Shown here one piece after another: positions 29,222-32,000 of a DNA stretch of 32,000 bases. Both the position numbers and the translations under genes were made by a program. A model generated the notes under the pieces. It ran no database searches. It saw nothing but the letters and a program-made list of their open reading frames with translations, and was not told where the DNA came from. Within the stretch, counting starts at the first letter, position 1. Every line of letters starts with the position of its first letter. Source of the stretch: Erysipelotrichaceae bacterium (GTDB lineage: Bacteria; Bacillota_I; Bacilli_A; Erysipelotrichales; Erysipelotrichaceae); contig JAUVVC010000009.1 in the NCBI GenBank assembly GCA_030604855.1, positions 1 through 32,000 of the forward strand, read 5' to 3'.

Positions 29222-30418
29222 ATGAGCAAAATATTATCCGTTAATGCAGGGAGTTCATCATTAAAGTTTCAGTTGTTCGAAATGCCAAGTGAGGAAGTAC
29301 TAACAAGTGGCATCGTTGAGCGTATCGGTTTCAAAGATGGAATCTTTACGATCAAAGTCAAAGGTGAGAAAGTCACAAAGACACTTCCCATCATCGATCA
29401 TAAAGTAGGTGTTGAGTTGGTTTTGGAAGCCTTGATCAGTCATGGTGTCGTCGCAAATCTTGATGAAATCAAGGGTGTGGGTCATCGTGTCGTTCATGGC
29501 GGTGAGTTGTATAACGCATCGGTTGAAATCGACCATGCGGTCGAGACTTCGGTCATTGAGTTATCAGAATTGGCTCCTTTGCACAATCCAGCGAATATGG
29601 TTGGTTACAGAGCGTTCAAGAAAGCTTTGCCTAAGGCGCGCCACGTAGCGGTTTTTGATACGGCGTTCCATCAAAGCATGCCGGATGACATCTATCTCTA
29701 TCCAATTCCTTTTGAATATTATCAAGATTATAAGATCCGTCGTTATGGCTTCCACGGAACCTCCCACTACTTCGTTTCCAATCGTGTTGCGGAGTTGATG
29801 GGCAAAAAGGTTGAAGACATCAATATCATCACTTGTCACTTGGGCAACGGGGCATCTTTGGCTGCGGTTCAAGGGGGCAGATCCGTAAACACATCCATGG
29901 GTTTCACACCTTTGGCAGGCATCATGATGGGAACACGTTCGGGTGACATCGATCCTGCGATCATCACCTATCTGATGCGTAAGACACATAAGACTGCAGA
30001 AGAAGTCATCGATGTCTTGAATAAGAAATCGGGCATGTTGGGTGTCAGTGGATTATCAAGCGATGCACGTGATGTGGACAATGCGATCAAAGAAGGCAAT
30101 GAACGTGCTGTTTTAACCCGTAAGATTTATGCGAATCGCGTTGCACAAACCATCGGTAGTTACTTTGTTCAATTGGGTAAAGTGGATGCGATCGTCTTTA
30201 CAGGCGGTTTGGGTGAGAATGACGTTGCGGCTCGTGAAAGCATCTTGAAGAATATTGAACAAGCCCTTCAGATCGATATGGATTATGACTTGAACAACAG
30301 TGTTCGTGGTAAAGAAGTCTGCTTAAGCAAAGCGGATTCCAAAGTTCAAGTTTGGGTCGTCCCAACCAATGAGGAATTGGTCATCGCCCAAGATACCGTA
30401 CATATTTTAGGTTTATAA
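29222..30418 (+). CDS. ackA: Acetate kinase
   Basis: 398 aa. ILSVNAGSSSLKFQLF, HRVVHGG and GFHGTSH motifs. SD AAGGAG. Confidence 0.95.
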   Translation: MSKILSVNAGSSSLKFQLFEMPSEEVLTSGIVERIGFKDGIFTIKVKGEKVTKTLPIIDHKVGVELVLEALISHGVVANLDEIKGVGHRVVHGGELYNASVEIDHAVETSVIELSELAPLHNPANMVGYRAFKKALPKARHVAVFDTAFHQSMPDDIYLYPIPFEYYQDYKIRRYGFHGTSHYFVSNRVAELMGKKVEDINIITCHLGNGASLAAVQGGRSVNTSMGFTPLAGIMMGTRSGDIDPAIITYLMRKTHKTAEEVIDVLNKKSGMLGVSGLSSDARDVDNAIKEGNERAVLTRKIYANRVAQTIGSYFVQLGKVDAIVFTGGLGENDVAARESILKNIEQALQIDMDYDLNNSVRGKEVCLSKADSKVQVWVVPTNEELVIAQDTVHILGL

Positions 30419-30419
30419 A

Positions 30420-31367
30420 ATGAATGAGATCCTTGCGAAAATAGAAGCTGCTCCCATCATTTGTGTCTTTCGTCACCAAGCACCGGATCCAGATGCCTTA
30501 GGGAGTCAATGGGGTTTGGTCAATTGGCTGAAAGAAACTTATCCGAATAAAGAAGTTTATGCGATGGGTTGGCATCGTGGTCAATCCGCAGCCTTGTTCG
30601 GCAACTATGAGACTGTCAGCGATGAAGTCGTTCGCAAGAGTTTAGCGATCATCTTGGATACGGCTAATGCGGCTCGGATCGATGATGATCGTTATCAATA
30701 TGCCTATGATTCAGTTAAATTGGATCATCATCCCTTTACGGATGCCTATGCGATGTATGAGTTCATCGATGATACGGCCGCGAGTACTTCGGAACTCGTC
30801 TGTCGTTTGATTCAAATGAAATCACGTGAGACCCTCAGTCCTGTAACAGCGCGCTATCTGTATATGGGAATTCTGACGGATACCTTGCGTTTTTCGACCT
30901 CAAACACCAGCGCAAGTACTTTGCATTGTGCTGCCTTTCTGGTCAATAGTGAATTGAATCTGAGTCAGATCAATGATGACTTGTTTGGAATGGAGCGGAT
31001 CGAGTTTGAATTGACGAACTATATTCGTACGCATGCGATCATTGAGGAATCCGGTTTGGTCTATATCAAGTTGGACCGTAGCACTTTGGAAAGACTCCGG
31101 GTTACGCCAGGTTTGGCGAAAGAACGTGTGAATGAGCTTGGTTTGGTTCGCAGTTTTCAGATCTGGGCTTTACTCATTGAACAAGAAGAAGATGGACTGA
31201 TTCGTTATAGCGGAAGTCTTCGTTCACGTCGCTTGAGTGTCAATGACATCGCTCACCGATACAATGGGGGTGGACATCGCTTGGCTGCCGCTGTGAAGCA
31301 TTTGACGGAGGTACAAGTCGATCTTTGCTTAGAAGATTGTCGAAGACGGATTCGAGGTGAAATTTAA
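30420..31367 (+). CDS. nrnA: DHH/DHHA1 phosphoesterase (NrnA-like oligoribonuclease / pAp phosphatase)
   Basis: 315 aa. RHQAPDPDALGS, ILDTAN, KLDHHP and GGGH motifs in canonical order. Confidence 0.8.
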   Translation: MNEILAKIEAAPIICVFRHQAPDPDALGSQWGLVNWLKETYPNKEVYAMGWHRGQSAALFGNYETVSDEVVRKSLAIILDTANAARIDDDRYQYAYDSVKLDHHPFTDAYAMYEFIDDTAASTSELVCRLIQMKSRETLSPVTARYLYMGILTDTLRFSTSNTSASTLHCAAFLVNSELNLSQINDDLFGMERIEFELTNYIRTHAIIEESGLVYIKLDRSTLERLRVTPGLAKERVNELGLVRSFQIWALLIEQEEDGLIRYSGSLRSRRLSVNDIAHRYNGGGHRLAAAVKHLTEVQVDLCLEDCRRRIRGEI

Positions 31368-32000
31368 TGACGTTTTATGGATTCAATATCCCCAAGGCTA
31401 AAAAAGCTTTACCGAAATGGCAAGCGCTCTTAAGAGCGCTTCTTGTTTTGCTTATCGTGGCTGTTGGCATCGATTATGTGACCTTACCTGCCTATAACCT
31501 CCATGATACGGCGTTTATCATGTTGGTGGTGTTCTATCTATTTATCTTTAGTATGGTTTATTTTGTGTTTTCGTATCAAATTGATTTTGTGGTTAAGTTG
31601 TGCATTGGACTGGGATTTGCCTTGATCGCCTTTACTCTCATATTCTCACTCTTGAGCAGTGAGATGTTGAATGCGGGACGCTATCGCGATCAGATTCAAA
31701 TTACTTCAAGCAGTGAGTTCGATGATCAGTTCGATGCGATCGCTTTGAATAAGATTCCTTTGGTTGATCAGAACACCGCTCAACAACTTGGCGACAAGCA
31801 GATTGGACGTGTTCAAGGTTTAGGTTCTCAGTTCGACATCAATAATGAGTACATTCTCATCAATCAAAAAGACATGGTTTATCGTGTTTCCGCCTTAGAG
31901 TATCAAGATTCAATCAAATGGTTTCAAAATCGTGAGAAGGGCATTCCAGGCTATGTTCGTGTGAATGTGACGGACGCGAGCGATGTGAAGTTGATTGTGT
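31367..32000 (+). CDS. Hypothetical membrane protein, 3'-truncated by the window edge
   Basis: Hand translation from ATG 31367 (overlapping the nrnA stop, TAATG) is open for 211 codons to the window end. It shows about three TM helices and then a soluble region. Not in the ORF track, probably because no stop codon falls inside the window. No family recognised. Confidence 0.6.
   Translation, partial: MTFYGFNIPKAKKALPKWQALLRALLVLLIVAVGIDYVTLPAYNLHDTAFIMLVVFYLFIFSMVYFVFSYQIDFVVKLCIGLGFALIAFTLIFSLLSSEMLNAGRYRDQIQITSSSEFDDQFDAIALNKIPLVDQNTAQQLGDKQIGRVQGLGSQFDINNEYILINQKDMVYRVSALEYQDSIKWFQNREKGIPGYVRVNVTDASDVKLIV

Overview
This window reads as a densely packed core-chromosome segment of a low-GC Gram-positive (Bacillota) anaerobe, possibly Erysipelotrichia-like. 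The lineage guess rests on rubredoxin, PPDK, QueH, a short SMC and a T-box, and I hold it with low confidence. Standard genetic code; TGA is used as a stop. I saw no CRISPR array, transposase, integrase, prophage or rRNA/tRNA gene. I support about 29 protein genes. They cover the oxidative pentose-phosphate branch (gnd, zwf, and pgl 15 kb away), mutY, typA, a tgt-queA-queH queuosine block, a T-box-controlled GNAT-valS pair, ppdK, smc-ftsY-ylxM-ackA-nrnA, bcp, a GH13 alpha-glucosidase, a PLP aminotransferase and yggS. Product calls come from motifs I recognise in the supplied translations; no database search was possible. Four ORF-track starts are corrected (zwf, GNAT, valS, ylxM) and a 54-aa rubredoxin gene below the ORF-track size cutoff is added. 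I do not see a convincing defence-type or mobile novel system. The best function-unknown candidate is a terminator-insulated three-gene unit at 16500-19420: an ADP-ribosylglycohydrolase-family enzyme translationally coupled to a PfkB kinase (yegU/yegV-like), followed by a Pgl-type lactonase. Other points worth checking are the GNAT acetyltransferase sitting between a Val-type T-box and valS, two promoters with leaderless-mRNA geometry (mutY, DUF1287), a perfect 25-nt palindrome, two convergent CDS overlaps without terminators, and an unidentified stacked-hairpin RNA tail at the left edge.
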